Below, piece after piece: positions 40,268-49,549 of a stretch of 64,000 bases of DNA. Origin of the DNA: Candidatus Argoarchaeum ethanivorans. GTDB taxonomy: Archaea; Halobacteriota; Methanosarcinia; Methanosarcinales; EX4572-44. The position numbers were made by a program, and so were the translations under genes. The notes beneath the pieces are model-generated. The model was not told the DNA's origin. It worked only from the letters and a program-made list of their open reading frames with translations, and did no database searches. The DNA is taken from the NCBI GenBank assembly GCA_004193545.1, contig RPGO01000033.1, positions 3,841 to 67,840 on the forward strand. Direction: 5' to 3'. Position 1 is the stretch's first letter, and each line of letters opens with the position of its first letter.

Positions 40268-41638
40268 ATGCCACTGACACTACTTGAGTGTGATGTACCA
40301 ATACCTGAACGTGAAAAGCATACCTACATCAAGAAGTCTGGCGAAACGATTATTCCAAGATGCAATGTCCAGACAACGCCAGGAGACCTGACCGAACGCG
40401 GCTGCACGTATGCAGGGTGTATGGGTGTCGTTGGAGGACCTGTCAAGGATGTGATACATCTCGTACACGGTCCGATCGGCTGTGCCTACTACACATGGGG
40501 CGGAGGTCGCAGGCAGAATCTTTCAGATAACACCGGGTTTCACAGAAAGTACTGTTTCTCAACCTCAATGCAGGAAGCAAATATCATCTTCGGCGGTGAG
40601 AAGAAGCTGTACAATGCGATTCTCGAGGCTTATGAGAGGTTTCCTGAAGTAAAAGGCGTATTCGTCTATGCAACATGCGTGATTGGTCTCATCGGAGACG
40701 ACATCGACAAGGTTTGCAAGAATGCATCAAAGGAGATCGGAATCCCAGTCATTGCGTTCAGTTGCGAAGGATTCAGAGGTGTCAGCCAGTCACTCGGGCA
40801 CCACATCGCAAACGATACGATCTTTGAGAAGATCGTTGGCACAAAGGAACCGGATTATCTCACACCGTATGACATCAACATCATTGGAGACTACAACATC
40901 CAGGGCGATCTTTGGGTCATTAATCCACTCTTTGAAGCGATGGGACTCCGGATAATCGGTACGTTCACAGGAAACGCATCGATTGACGATATTGCCATGG
41001 TGCACAGAGCGAAGTTAAATGTGATGCACTGCCAGAGGTCCACCCCGTACATCTGCCAGCTTATGGAAGAGAAATATAATCTTCCGTACATGCCAGTCTC
41101 TCTATTCGGAATCGAGCAGACATCAAAAGCCCTTCGTGATGTAGCAGCCTTCTTTGGTCTCGAAGAAAAAGCAGAAAAGGTAATCGAGGAGGAAGTCTCC
41201 AAGATACTTCCTGAGATGGAGTATTATAAAGAAAAACTCACCGGAAAGCGAGTATTCATCTACCAGGGTGCGCCGCGTGCATGGCACTGGATCAAACTGA
41301 TGGAGGAACTGGGAATGGAGGTAATAGGCGCTGCAACGACATTTGGGCACAGCGATGATTATGAGAAGATCATCGAACGGATTGGTGACGGCGCTCTTGT
41401 AATCGACAACCCGAATTCTGTTGAGCTAAAGGAGATTCTAATCAAATACAAGCCTGATCTCTTTATCTCAGGATTGAAAGAGAAGTTTCTCTCATACAAG
41501 CTCGGAGTGCCGTTTGTAAATGGTCACTCGTACGAGAGAGGACCTTATGCGGCATACAGCGGATTTGTGAAATTTGCACGGGATATGTACACAACGATCA
41601 ATCATCCAGCGTGGAAACTAGTGGAGGGAAGAGCATGA
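40268..41638 (+). CDS. nifD: nitrogenase molybdenum-iron protein alpha chain NifD
   Basis: P-cluster Cys contexts are GCTYAGC, GPIGCAYY and ATCVIGLIGDD. The homocitrate/FeMo-co region is CEGFRGVSQSLGHHIAND. The FeMo-co ligands lie in MHCQRS and NGHSYE. Confidence 0.9.
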   Translation: MPLTLLECDVPIPEREKHTYIKKSGETIIPRCNVQTTPGDLTERGCTYAGCMGVVGGPVKDVIHLVHGPIGCAYYTWGGGRRQNLSDNTGFHRKYCFSTSMQEANIIFGGEKKLYNAILEAYERFPEVKGVFVYATCVIGLIGDDIDKVCKNASKEIGIPVIAFSCEGFRGVSQSLGHHIANDTIFEKIVGTKEPDYLTPYDINIIGDYNIQGDLWVINPLFEAMGLRIIGTFTGNASIDDIAMVHRAKLNVMHCQRSTPYICQLMEEKYNLPYMPVSLFGIEQTSKALRDVAAFFGLEEKAEKVIEEEVSKILPEMEYYKEKLTGKRVFIYQGAPRAWHWIKLMEELGMEVIGAATTFGHSDDYEKIIERIGDGALVIDNPNSVELKEILIKYKPDLFISGLKEKFLSYKLGVPFVNGHSYERGPYAAYSGFVKFARDMYTTINHPAWKLVEGRA

Positions 41639-42942
41639 GCCAAACAAAGACAAAGAGGTCGGTAACGATTAATCCTGGCATGTTGTGCCAGCCAATTGGT
41701 GCGATGCAGGCAGTACTTGGCGTACATGCCGCAATACCGCTCGTGCACGGATCGCAGGGATGCGCTGCCTATCCAATGCGGATGTTCAACCGACACTTCG
41801 CAGAACCAGCAGAGATTGCATTAAGTTCGCTTGGTGAAGATGCTGCAGTCTTCGGGGGAGCAGACAATCTCGTTAAGGGAGTACACGCTCTTGCGGCACG
41901 AAGACATCCCGAATTAATTGCGGTCGTCACGACCTGCCTTTCTGAAACAATCGGAGATGATGTTGATGGCATCCTTAGGAAGGTCGATCTGCCAGTGAAA
42001 CTGGTACCGATGCACACGCCGAGTTATGTCGGTTCGCATGTTACAGGATACGACAACGCGGTAAAAGCACTTGTAACACACCTTGCAGAGCAGACAGGAC
42101 CTAACAGTAAGATCAATGTCACTGTCGGGCTCCTTGATCCCGGGGATATCAAGGAACTCAAGAGCATGCTTGGAATGATGCGGGTCAAAGCGATTATCTT
42201 AACCGATATCACAGGTGCCTTTGATGCACCGTTGATACTGCCAAGACCGCCATTCCCGGATGGCGGAACCACGGTTGGAGAAATCAGGGATACAGCAAAC
42301 TCGATCGGCTCAATAGCCCTCTCTAAACACGCAGGCGGAGCGGCTGTAAAATATCTTGAAATGAAGCACAAGGTGCCGATGATTGCAGGTGCATGTCCAA
42401 TCGGTGTTGAAAATACTGATGCGTTCCTTGATAACGTGAGTCAGCTCACAGGAAGACCAGTTCCGGATGAACTGCGAAAGGAGCGGGGAAGGCTCATCGA
42501 TGCGATCATAGATGTGCAGTTCAAGGTTGCACAGAAGAAGGTTGCGGTCTTTGCAGACCCTGATGTCGCATCCGGGATGGCACGGTTTGTGCATGAACTC
42601 GGGATGGACCCCGTAATCGTTGCAACCGGTACCGAGAGCAAAGAGTTTGTAAAGGATGTACAGGCGATAGCAAGCCAGACCGGGCACGAGATCGAGATTA
42701 TCCTGGGATGCGACCTCTATGAGTTGCACGAGGCGATAAAAAGGGTTGGTGTTGATCTGTTGATGGGAAACACGCACGGGAAGAGTATTGCAGATGATGA
42801 AAAAATCGCTTTTGCAAGACTCGGGTTTCCTGTCTATGACCGTGTTGGCTACCAGAGGATACCGATTATCGGATACAACGGCGGGATCAATCTTGTCGAC
42901 CGGATCGCGAACGCGATTCTGGATCACGCGGACGCGGCGTGA
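41635..42942 (+). CDS. nifK: nitrogenase molybdenum-iron protein beta chain NifK
   Basis: The ATGA start overlaps the nifD stop. P-cluster Cys contexts are HGSQGCAAY, TTCLSETIGDD and the P..SY.GSH region. Confidence 0.9.
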   Translation: MSQTKTKRSVTINPGMLCQPIGAMQAVLGVHAAIPLVHGSQGCAAYPMRMFNRHFAEPAEIALSSLGEDAAVFGGADNLVKGVHALAARRHPELIAVVTTCLSETIGDDVDGILRKVDLPVKLVPMHTPSYVGSHVTGYDNAVKALVTHLAEQTGPNSKINVTVGLLDPGDIKELKSMLGMMRVKAIILTDITGAFDAPLILPRPPFPDGGTTVGEIRDTANSIGSIALSKHAGGAAVKYLEMKHKVPMIAGACPIGVENTDAFLDNVSQLTGRPVPDELRKERGRLIDAIIDVQFKVAQKKVAVFADPDVASGMARFVHELGMDPVIVATGTESKEFVKDVQAIASQTGHEIEIILGCDLYELHEAIKRVGVDLLMGNTHGKSIADDEKIAFARLGFPVYDRVGYQRIPIIGYNGGINLVDRIANAILDHADAA

Positions 42943-43223
42943 ATGCATGGCACTGTTTGGGATGATAGATAGGCTCATCCTGGCGGTGCTGTTGCAGTGG
43001 GGGATGTGAGTATTTTTATAGAGAGTCTGTTAGAAGATTCTCGTAAGACTTATGTGGGATGTGTTCTCGATTAGTGTGCATGGAGTGCAGAGAACTGTGC
43101 AAGGCATTAAGGTAGTGCCTTGGTCTGTGGGAACCATCCTGCTTACATGGATCGGTTGGACATGGATGGAAGGTTGTGGAGCGATACATACAGAATCAGG
43201 AGAAGCCAAATGCGAAATCGCTA

Positions 43224-43262
43224 TGTACAGGCTCCGTACTTAAGTCCGGGGTTTGGTGACTT
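43224..43262 (+). repeat. partial copy (3' 39 nt) of the 63-bp element, ending GGGGTTTGGTGACTT
   Basis: It aligns with 7767-7805. It marks the switch from nif-flank sequence to AT-rich sequence. Confidence 0.6.
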
Positions 43263-43617
43263 CGATGGATGAACCCATGCTCCATTAGCGAAATAAATTC
43301 CAAATATCTGTTGTTGAATTCTTTATATGTGTTAAAAAGAATGAAAAAATTCCCAGAGAAACATCAAAAAAATAAAATTTGTGCCTCATTCAAAAAATTG
43401 CTAAATAGCACCAATTTACTAAAGAAAGTGTATTAAAAAAGCTATTTGATCCATCCATTCAACTTTTGCGGAAATTCAGACATCTAAACAATATAATAGA
43501 GAGCTTTCAGAGTTATGATCTTAGAGAGGGGGTACAAGTATATCCATAGTTGGGGAAAGTAATATTTATCTTAATGCAAGTAAGTTACATTATTTGAGAA
43601 TATGGAATAGGGGTAAT

Positions 43618-44370
43618 ATGAGGTTTTTTTTATATGCATCGAAGGCAAAAATAGATATGTTATACTCACAAATAAGTAATAGTCATATTGAAACTACATC
43701 TACGAAGAAGTTGAATACAAAAATCGCTTCAATAGAGAGTAAAAAGATAAGTAAAACTATTAATGATATTTATTTAAAAATTCCATTTATAGAGAGACAA
43801 TTAGAAAAAAATCAACAGGTCATAGATATCGAAAAATTAGATAAACAGAATATAAAACCTTATCTAAATAATACAGGAATTTGGAATGTTTCACCCATTA
43901 AAAAAAAGTATGTTTTGGATGAACAAGTTGAGGAAGTTGCACCCACGGTTTATTGTCTCTTTAGACAATACCAAAATGTTCTCTACTTTTTAATTGGTTC
44001 ACCATTAAACTTAACTGGACAGCATGGTATCACGCCGAATTATACTTATGTATCTCCCACATGGACAGCTGATGAATATATCATGAATCTCGTTGATTCA
44101 GGATATTCAGACAAATTTTATTTTGATAGGATTTTGCCGGCATTGCTTGGGTATTGCTCAAAAGTATGTTCCTTTCTACCGCAAATGCACATTGAGCTTC
44201 TCTTTAAAGTGTATCACGTTTACAGCATTAACGATGAAGTGTTAGATGAAGCAGTTTCACATTATTCTATCGAAAATTTTAAAGATAAGCCAAATTTTCT
44301 TGTTATTGGATCTCCAATATTTGTATGTTTAGCTCAACCAAAAATTCAAGGAAGAAGATTTAATGAGTGA
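43618..44370 (+). CDS. hypothetical protein (island gene A)
   Basis: ATG 43618 gives MRFFLYASKAKIDMLYSQI... It is 250 aa with no motif I can assign. Its stop overlaps the next start (ATGAGTGA). Confidence 0.55.
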   Translation: MRFFLYASKAKIDMLYSQISNSHIETTSTKKLNTKIASIESKKISKTINDIYLKIPFIERQLEKNQQVIDIEKLDKQNIKPYLNNTGIWNVSPIKKKYVLDEQVEEVAPTVYCLFRQYQNVLYFLIGSPLNLTGQHGITPNYTYVSPTWTADEYIMNLVDSGYSDKFYFDRILPALLGYCSKVCSFLPQMHIELLFKVYHVYSINDEVLDEAVSHYSIENFKDKPNFLVIGSPIFVCLAQPKIQGRRFNE

Positions 44371-44815
44371 AGTAGGAAGTGTCTATGCGTGGCAAGGTGA
44401 AATAGATGGTAATCAACTAATCGGAATGCAGTATTTAAGTAAGTCAAGTTTTGGTATTTTCATCGCAAAAGAAGCTAAAAGAATAGTTATTGGTTTTCTG
44501 GATGACGATAAAGTTATTGGATATCATTATTTACTAAAAAAAGATATAAAGAATCTGCAAACATTTTTTGAAGGCAATACTGAAATAAAAGAGTTAACGA
44601 AATTCGAGGAAAAACGGCCTATAGGCATAATGCTGGGATACGAACTTCAGTTAGTGAATACATCAGAAAAGTCTATACGCATGTATGCAAATTTACCAGT
44701 ATTTGATGATCAAGTACTGTTTGCTCTGACAGAATGTAATAAAGAATTCTGCTGTGTAGCATTTAATCTCAATGAATTAATATCGATAAAAGCACTTATA
44801 GATAGTTTTAATTGA
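44363..44815 (+). CDS. hypothetical protein (island gene B), translationally coupled to gene A
   Basis: It is 150 aa with an 8-nt overlap with gene A. No recognisable motif. Confidence 0.55.
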   Translation: MSEVGSVYAWQGEIDGNQLIGMQYLSKSSFGIFIAKEAKRIVIGFLDDDKVIGYHYLLKKDIKNLQTFFEGNTEIKELTKFEEKRPIGIMLGYELQLVNTSEKSIRMYANLPVFDDQVLFALTECNKEFCCVAFNLNELISIKALIDSFN

Positions 44816-44922
44816 AATACAACATTAAAGCTTATAACTTTCCTAATAAAAATCCCACGCATGATTTGAAAATAAAAAGCAGACAAACTTACAAAATATA
44901 AAATTTGAGCATCCTCTTGATG

Positions 44923-44953
44923 CCTCCCGTTTCTAGCGGGAGGTCGTGACTTA
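44923..44953 (+). repeat. hairpin plus TCGTGACTTA junction motif
   Basis: CCTCCCG-tttctag-CGGGAGG is followed by TCGTGACTTA. Compare GGGGTCGGTGACTTA at 7792-7806. Confidence 0.65.
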
Positions 44954-45131
44954 TATTATGGTAAAATTATATATAGGAAAAATAAGTAGAAATGAAACGA
45001 CGAAAAGAAAAATTGTGGAAGGAATCACAGTCAAAAGCGTTCGCCTATAGGGATGTGTATACAAACAATGTTCAGATATAAGTTGTTATATAACATTTTG
45101 GATTTGAGACAAAATTGATAGAGGAGAAAAA

Positions 45132-46964
45132 ATGGAAAATCTAACCAATAAGATAATTATTGAAAGGATAGAAATGGCTTTTGGTAAAAGAATCGTCTTT
45201 TTCGTCGGCGCTGGGATATCAGTTCCCTCAGGAGTTCGAGACTTTAAGAAATTGACTGAAGAGGTTATACAAACGCTTGCAGACGATGAACTTGAAGAGC
45301 TTGAGGAGAAAGATCTTGAAAAGAAAAAGAAGGATTATGAATTACTCACTGAGAACATTCGGCCTGAGGTCATGTACCAGATGGCGATGGACGAACTAGA
45401 CTCGAAAGTACTTTATTCTTTGGAAATGTTGGAGGGATACGAGCCGAATTATTACCATTATTTCTTGGCAGAGGTTATCAGGCGAGGTAATTGGGTATTT
45501 ACTACAAATCAAGACAATTTGATAGAGGAAGCTTGCAAGAGAAGGGGAATGAAACCGGAGGTAGATTTCAAAACATATTATGGCCGCGGCAATGACGAGG
45601 ATTTCAGAGAATACCTTCGATATATAAATTCTGGGGATATATATAGAGGGTGTATATTCAAGTTGCATGGTAGCATCGAGGAGGATGCAAGGGGAGAAGA
45701 AAAATATAAGACAGTTCGATTTTCACTCCGACAGGTTGGGGAAGGGTTATTTGGACCTAGAAAGGAAGTTCTCGAATATTTCCTTAAGGAATTCGATTTC
45801 TGCTTCATAGGCTACAGATGTAGGGATGACTTTAGCGTGTTCCCTGTGCTTTCAAGTACGAAAAGTGACAAGAATATATTTTGGTCTCGTTTTGATGAAG
45901 GACCCCTTAGTTTATACATTCCAAAAGAAGACAGGCTTCTGTGGGAAACGGAAAAAGAAGAAAATAAACCATTAGATGAGAAGAGGAATTTAGATCTGCT
46001 CAATATAAATGAGGTTCTCTTGCAAAGAGGCAAAAAGTTCGTATTCAGTGGTAACTTAGGCGAATTCATAAACGTTAAGCTGCCCACTCTATTAGGAGTT
46101 AAAAACCTTTCTTTTGATGAAGAAAAAGCAAGGGAAAAAGGAAAGGCGAAGGAAAGTGGGGCTTTCTTCAGATGGGCTAAGAGTAAAGAGAAGTTTGAGC
46201 GGTATCTATTCCTGGGACGTTTATTTGAGCACGCGGGTAAGTTGAATAATGGAATTGAGTCCTGTAGCAAAGCATTAGGCGAGGCAAAGAATGATTTCCA
46301 ACTTATAAGGGCAAAACAGAAACTGGCTGATCTTTACTACAGAAGACAAGAAGGGGATGATGAAGGGGAGGCGAGCAAGCTTTATGAGCAATGTATTAAT
46401 TCCTCTAAGGATCCACTTGAAAGGGCAAGTCTGAAGGCCAGCCTCTCCAATATTCTACGCAGGCGAGGGAAAGATTTTTACTCTGAAGCATATGTGACGG
46501 CAGAAAAAGCAAAAGAAGAATTTGAAACGTATATTATTGAGGGGAAGGGTAAGGGGTTGGATTATGCTAGGTGCTTAAATATTCATGGATTGGCCCTTTA
46601 TAGTATAGGCAAGTTTGAGGAGGCAAGGAAATCCTGTTCAGATAGCATAAATGTAAAGCAAGATTTGGGCGACGTTGATGGGATAGCAGAATCAGAAAAT
46701 GGAATAAGCTTAGCCTTTACCCAGGAGGGTAGAAGGCTTAAAGATCAAGGAAATAAGGAAGAAGCCAAAGATAAATTTTTTAAAGCTATTGAGCATGCAA
46801 GAAGAGCTCTTGATTGTAGGCGAAAGATAGGAAATTTTAGAGGGTATGCTCAGAACAGCCGTAACTTGGCTTGGCCGAATAGCGAGCTGATGAAACTTGC
46901 CTCGAAAGAAGATGAAGACAAGAATACTTCAAAAAAGCAAGAGATGGTTACAAAGCCGGGATAA
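45132..46964 (+). CDS. SIR2-family (sirtuin-like NADase) domain fused to TPR-like repeats; zero-frame product
   Basis: It reads VFFVGAGISVPSG, TTNQDNLIEE and KLHGS. The C-terminal half is helical-repeat-like. No Walker A is seen. Confidence 0.75.
   Translation: MENLTNKIIIERIEMAFGKRIVFFVGAGISVPSGVRDFKKLTEEVIQTLADDELEELEEKDLEKKKKDYELLTENIRPEVMYQMAMDELDSKVLYSLEMLEGYEPNYYHYFLAEVIRRGNWVFTTNQDNLIEEACKRRGMKPEVDFKTYYGRGNDEDFREYLRYINSGDIYRGCIFKLHGSIEEDARGEEKYKTVRFSLRQVGEGLFGPRKEVLEYFLKEFDFCFIGYRCRDDFSVFPVLSSTKSDKNIFWSRFDEGPLSLYIPKEDRLLWETEKEENKPLDEKRNLDLLNINEVLLQRGKKFVFSGNLGEFINVKLPTLLGVKNLSFDEEKAREKGKAKESGAFFRWAKSKEKFERYLFLGRLFEHAGKLNNGIESCSKALGEAKNDFQLIRAKQKLADLYYRRQEGDDEGEASKLYEQCINSSKDPLERASLKASLSNILRRRGKDFYSEAYVTAEKAKEEFETYIIEGKGKGLDYARCLNIHGLALYSIGKFEEARKSCSDSINVKQDLGDVDGIAESENGISLAFTQEGRRLKDQGNKEEAKDKFFKAIEHARRALDCRRKIGNFRGYAQNSRNLAWPNSELMKLASKEDEDKNTSKKQEMVTKPG
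46931..46937 (+). promoter_or_regulatory. candidate -1 frameshift heptamer A AAA AAG, in phase with the SIR2-TPR zero frame
   Basis: The zero-frame codons are tcA AAA AAG. The -1 frame is open from 46916 through 47284. Confidence 0.4.
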
Positions 46965-47284
46965 GCTATTGGGATCGTTTCTATCCTGCACCTGCTACCG
47001 AAAGTGTACTTTTTAGAAATCTTTTAGCTAGGTTGTATATTGATTTTTGCTCTCTGACAGAAGATCAAGAGCAAAAGAAAAGGTGGGCTCAAGAGGTCAT
47101 TCTCATTCCCATGTATGGGGTGATACTTGGAGACTCAAAGAGAAGGCAAAAAGCCAAAGAGGATAAGCGTACGCCTACTGCCGAGCAAAATCTAGAAAAT
47201 ATTAAAGAGATGCTCAAAGAGGTTAATTTAGACTCAGAACAAAAGGAAGCGGAGAGAATGCTCAAGGAGCTAAGAGAGGAGTAA
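46937..47284 (+). CDS. -1 frame continuation of the SIR2-TPR gene (ORF track lists only 47033-47284 from a TTG)
   Basis: It reads ARDGYKAGISYWDRFYPAPATESVLFRNLLARLYIDFCSLTEDQEQKKRWAQEV..., which is helical and repeat-like. Confidence 0.5.
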   Translation, partial: ARDGYKAGISYWDRFYPAPATESVLFRNLLARLYIDFCSLTEDQEQKKRWAQEVILIPMYGVILGDSKRRQKAKEDKRTPTAEQNLENIKEMLKEVNLDSEQKEAERMLKELREE

Positions 47285-47359
47285 GGAATTTCGAAAGTTG
47301 TCTCAAAGCCAAAACTCGAAGAGAATAATAAAACACTTAAACATTATTTGGAAGAGCTT

Positions 47360-47668
47360 ATGTTAAAAATGTTGCCTGAAATTTCAGGGGAATTAATTGC
47401 ACAAGAATCAAAGAGGCTTGAGGAAGTTAAGCAGCTTTCAACACTTGAGAATACAGATATGTTTGAATATCTCAAAAGTATGTTTCTTTTTTCAATATCG
47501 GATTATCGAGAAGCTGTAATAGCAAGTAAATCGGGTGATGAATTTCTTGAAAAGCTGTCCGAATATGTAAAAGATAAATTTTGGAAATTAGAAATTCGCA
47601 ACATGGGAGACGTAATGGTTGATCTTAATCTATCTAGAGAAATACTTGGGCTCAATCCTATTGAATAA
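47360..47668 (+). CDS. hypothetical protein
   Basis: It is a 102-aa ORF from ATG 47360, AT-rich, with no motif. Confidence 0.4.
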   Translation: MLKMLPEISGELIAQESKRLEEVKQLSTLENTDMFEYLKSMFLFSISDYREAVIASKSGDEFLEKLSEYVKDKFWKLEIRNMGDVMVDLNLSREILGLNPIE

Positions 47669-48515
47669 ACATTGGCAATAAGATTTGAAAAAAGTGATAT
47701 TTATGCAAATATTGAAGCCTATGCAATTTTGAGTAGATTACATAGTTACGCATATAGAGAATACTTTATCCCACAAACTAAAAGGAATATAAAAACCTGA
47801 GCATCCATCCGATGCCCTATATTTGAGCGAATCGAAATCCGAGGTCGTTGACGTTAAAAGTCTCTGATAAACCGTATGGAAGAATAACCTGTTCAAAACA
47901 TCCATAGCCAACCAACCCCCATGTAAGCTTATGATCCACATTCCGTATCCCCCCAGATGCCCACAAAAATTTAAGCGACCATCAGACACAACAGGGGGTC
48001 TTGATCATGCATGTTAAAAAAAACCATAACCCTCTCTAAAGAACTGGAGAAGTGAGGTGGAAGACCACTTTATAGGCACATCATATTACTCAAATCTCTC
48101 GGACGCCATAAGAGATGGGCTCAGAAAGATTCTTGCAGAGTACAAGAAAAAAAATGAGGTTGAGATTGCTGCAACCCTCTGCAAAGAGGAAGATAACGCT
48201 GCGGGAAGCTGCTGCCATAATGGACGCCCCTGTGTGAAAAACTTCTGGGGAGCTTGGTTGGGGGGGGCTGTGTACCTGGGATACGGAATAGAAGAAACCG
48301 GAAGAGGATCCTGGATGATCACTGTAAGCGATTCCACCCCCTTTCATCTATTTTGGAACGATCAAGCGACCCCATCTTCTTTGATCCATATACGGTCAGG
48401 TCATAATCACAGAGGTGGTGCACCGGGAAGTATTAACAGAAGGAATCGCTTTTGGTGACGGATGCCAATCTTTTTGGAAAAGGCGATTGAGGACTATTAT
48501 ATTAATTTCTGAGAT

Positions 48516-48569
48516 TATAGTCAAACATCTAACCTTTAGAACTTTTGAATGTGTGGCGCAAATTTATTA
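48516..48569 (+). repeat. solo IS630-type terminal sequence
   Basis: It is about 90% identical to 22617-22670, which abuts the IS630-family transposase remnant. Confidence 0.6.
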
Positions 48570-48640
48570 ATCCATGATTTAGCGTAACTTAATTTCTTTG
48601 AACATTCAAAGAACATCTTTGATATTACACGATTCAATAC

Positions 48641-49302
48641 AGAGCCTGTCCCATAATTAACATCGTTCCGATACTTTTATCACTCTTCCAGCCATATTAT
48701 GTAATATGGCGTTCATTAGAAGGCTTCACAATCAAAACTGGTTATTTCCCCCAAGTATTTCAGATTTAATCGATGAAGACCATGTTTGCAGACTTGTAGA
48801 TGAAGTAGTGGAGAGCATTGACCTTGGAAATATCGAAGAAAGGTATGATGGCCCTGGCAGTCCAGCGTATCATCCAAAGGTTATGATGAAGCTTCTTATC
48901 CAGGGTACTATCGATGGGATTCGGTCTTCTCGTAGGATTTCCAAGGCAACAAAGGAAAATGTTGTCTATATGTACCTTTCAGACCGATTAAATCCGGATT
49001 TTCGTACGATCTGTAGGTTTAGGAAGGATAATTTAGATGTTATTAAACTTGTTTTTGCCGGGATCATAAAGTTAGCTAGGGGAATGAATATGGTAAACCT
49101 TGGTCATTTGAGCATTGATGGTACGAAAATCAAGGATATTGAAGCGAATACTGTTGAAAATAGATGGTATAATCACACTTCACTCAAGAAACTATGCGAA
49201 AAACTAAGAAAACATGGTCTAATCTCTTGTATTCCATAAGCGAAAGTTTAAGACATAATCCAACTATTCAGCACCATTGAACCCAGTTGTGGGACAGGCT
49301 CT
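48641..49302 (+). mobile_element. internally deleted IS1182/IS5-like element
   Basis: 13-bp perfect TIRs AGAGCCTGTCCCA (48641-48653) and TGGGACAGGCTCT (49290-49302) flank it. ORF 48706-49239 keeps only the N-terminal transposase region (..GSPAYHPKVMMKLLIQG..SSRRI...). Confidence 0.65.
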
Positions 49303-49404
49303 TCATTGCATAGTGGCGCAGACGTGACTTTTCAAAATATAGTGAGGTAAAAAATCACTGGTTTTTTAGATAGTGTCTTACGCAGTAATCAAGATCCTCA
49401 AAAA

Positions 49405-49519
49405 CTGCACAACTTCATTGTGCAAAACCGCACACACTCATATGCGAAAACAATTCTTGATTGTGCTATCAATCAAGTGTAGAAGTAACCGGTAATTCTC
49501 GATTGCGCAAGCAATCGAG
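49405..49519. repeat. cluster of three hairpin repeats
   Basis: The hairpins are CTGCACAAC-ttc-ATTGTGCA (49405-49424), CTTGATTG-tgctat-CAATCAAG (49456-49477) and CTCGATTGC-gcaa-GCAATCGAG (49498-49519). Confidence 0.85.
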
Positions 49520-49549
49520 TGCGACAGCAATCAAGTGGAGCAACAGGTT

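Larger units (their letters stand above)
43263..49323. other. AT-rich accessory island between nifK and trpD
   Basis: The compositional change is visible by eye (not computed). The island contains ORFs without housekeeping signatures and ends in IS debris. Confidence 0.6.

Noticed and set aside
43052-43243. 63-aa ORF between nifK and the island
   Set aside because: It is Trp/Gly-rich and low-complexity, has no ribosome-binding site, and overlaps the partial 63-bp element. It is likely non-coding.
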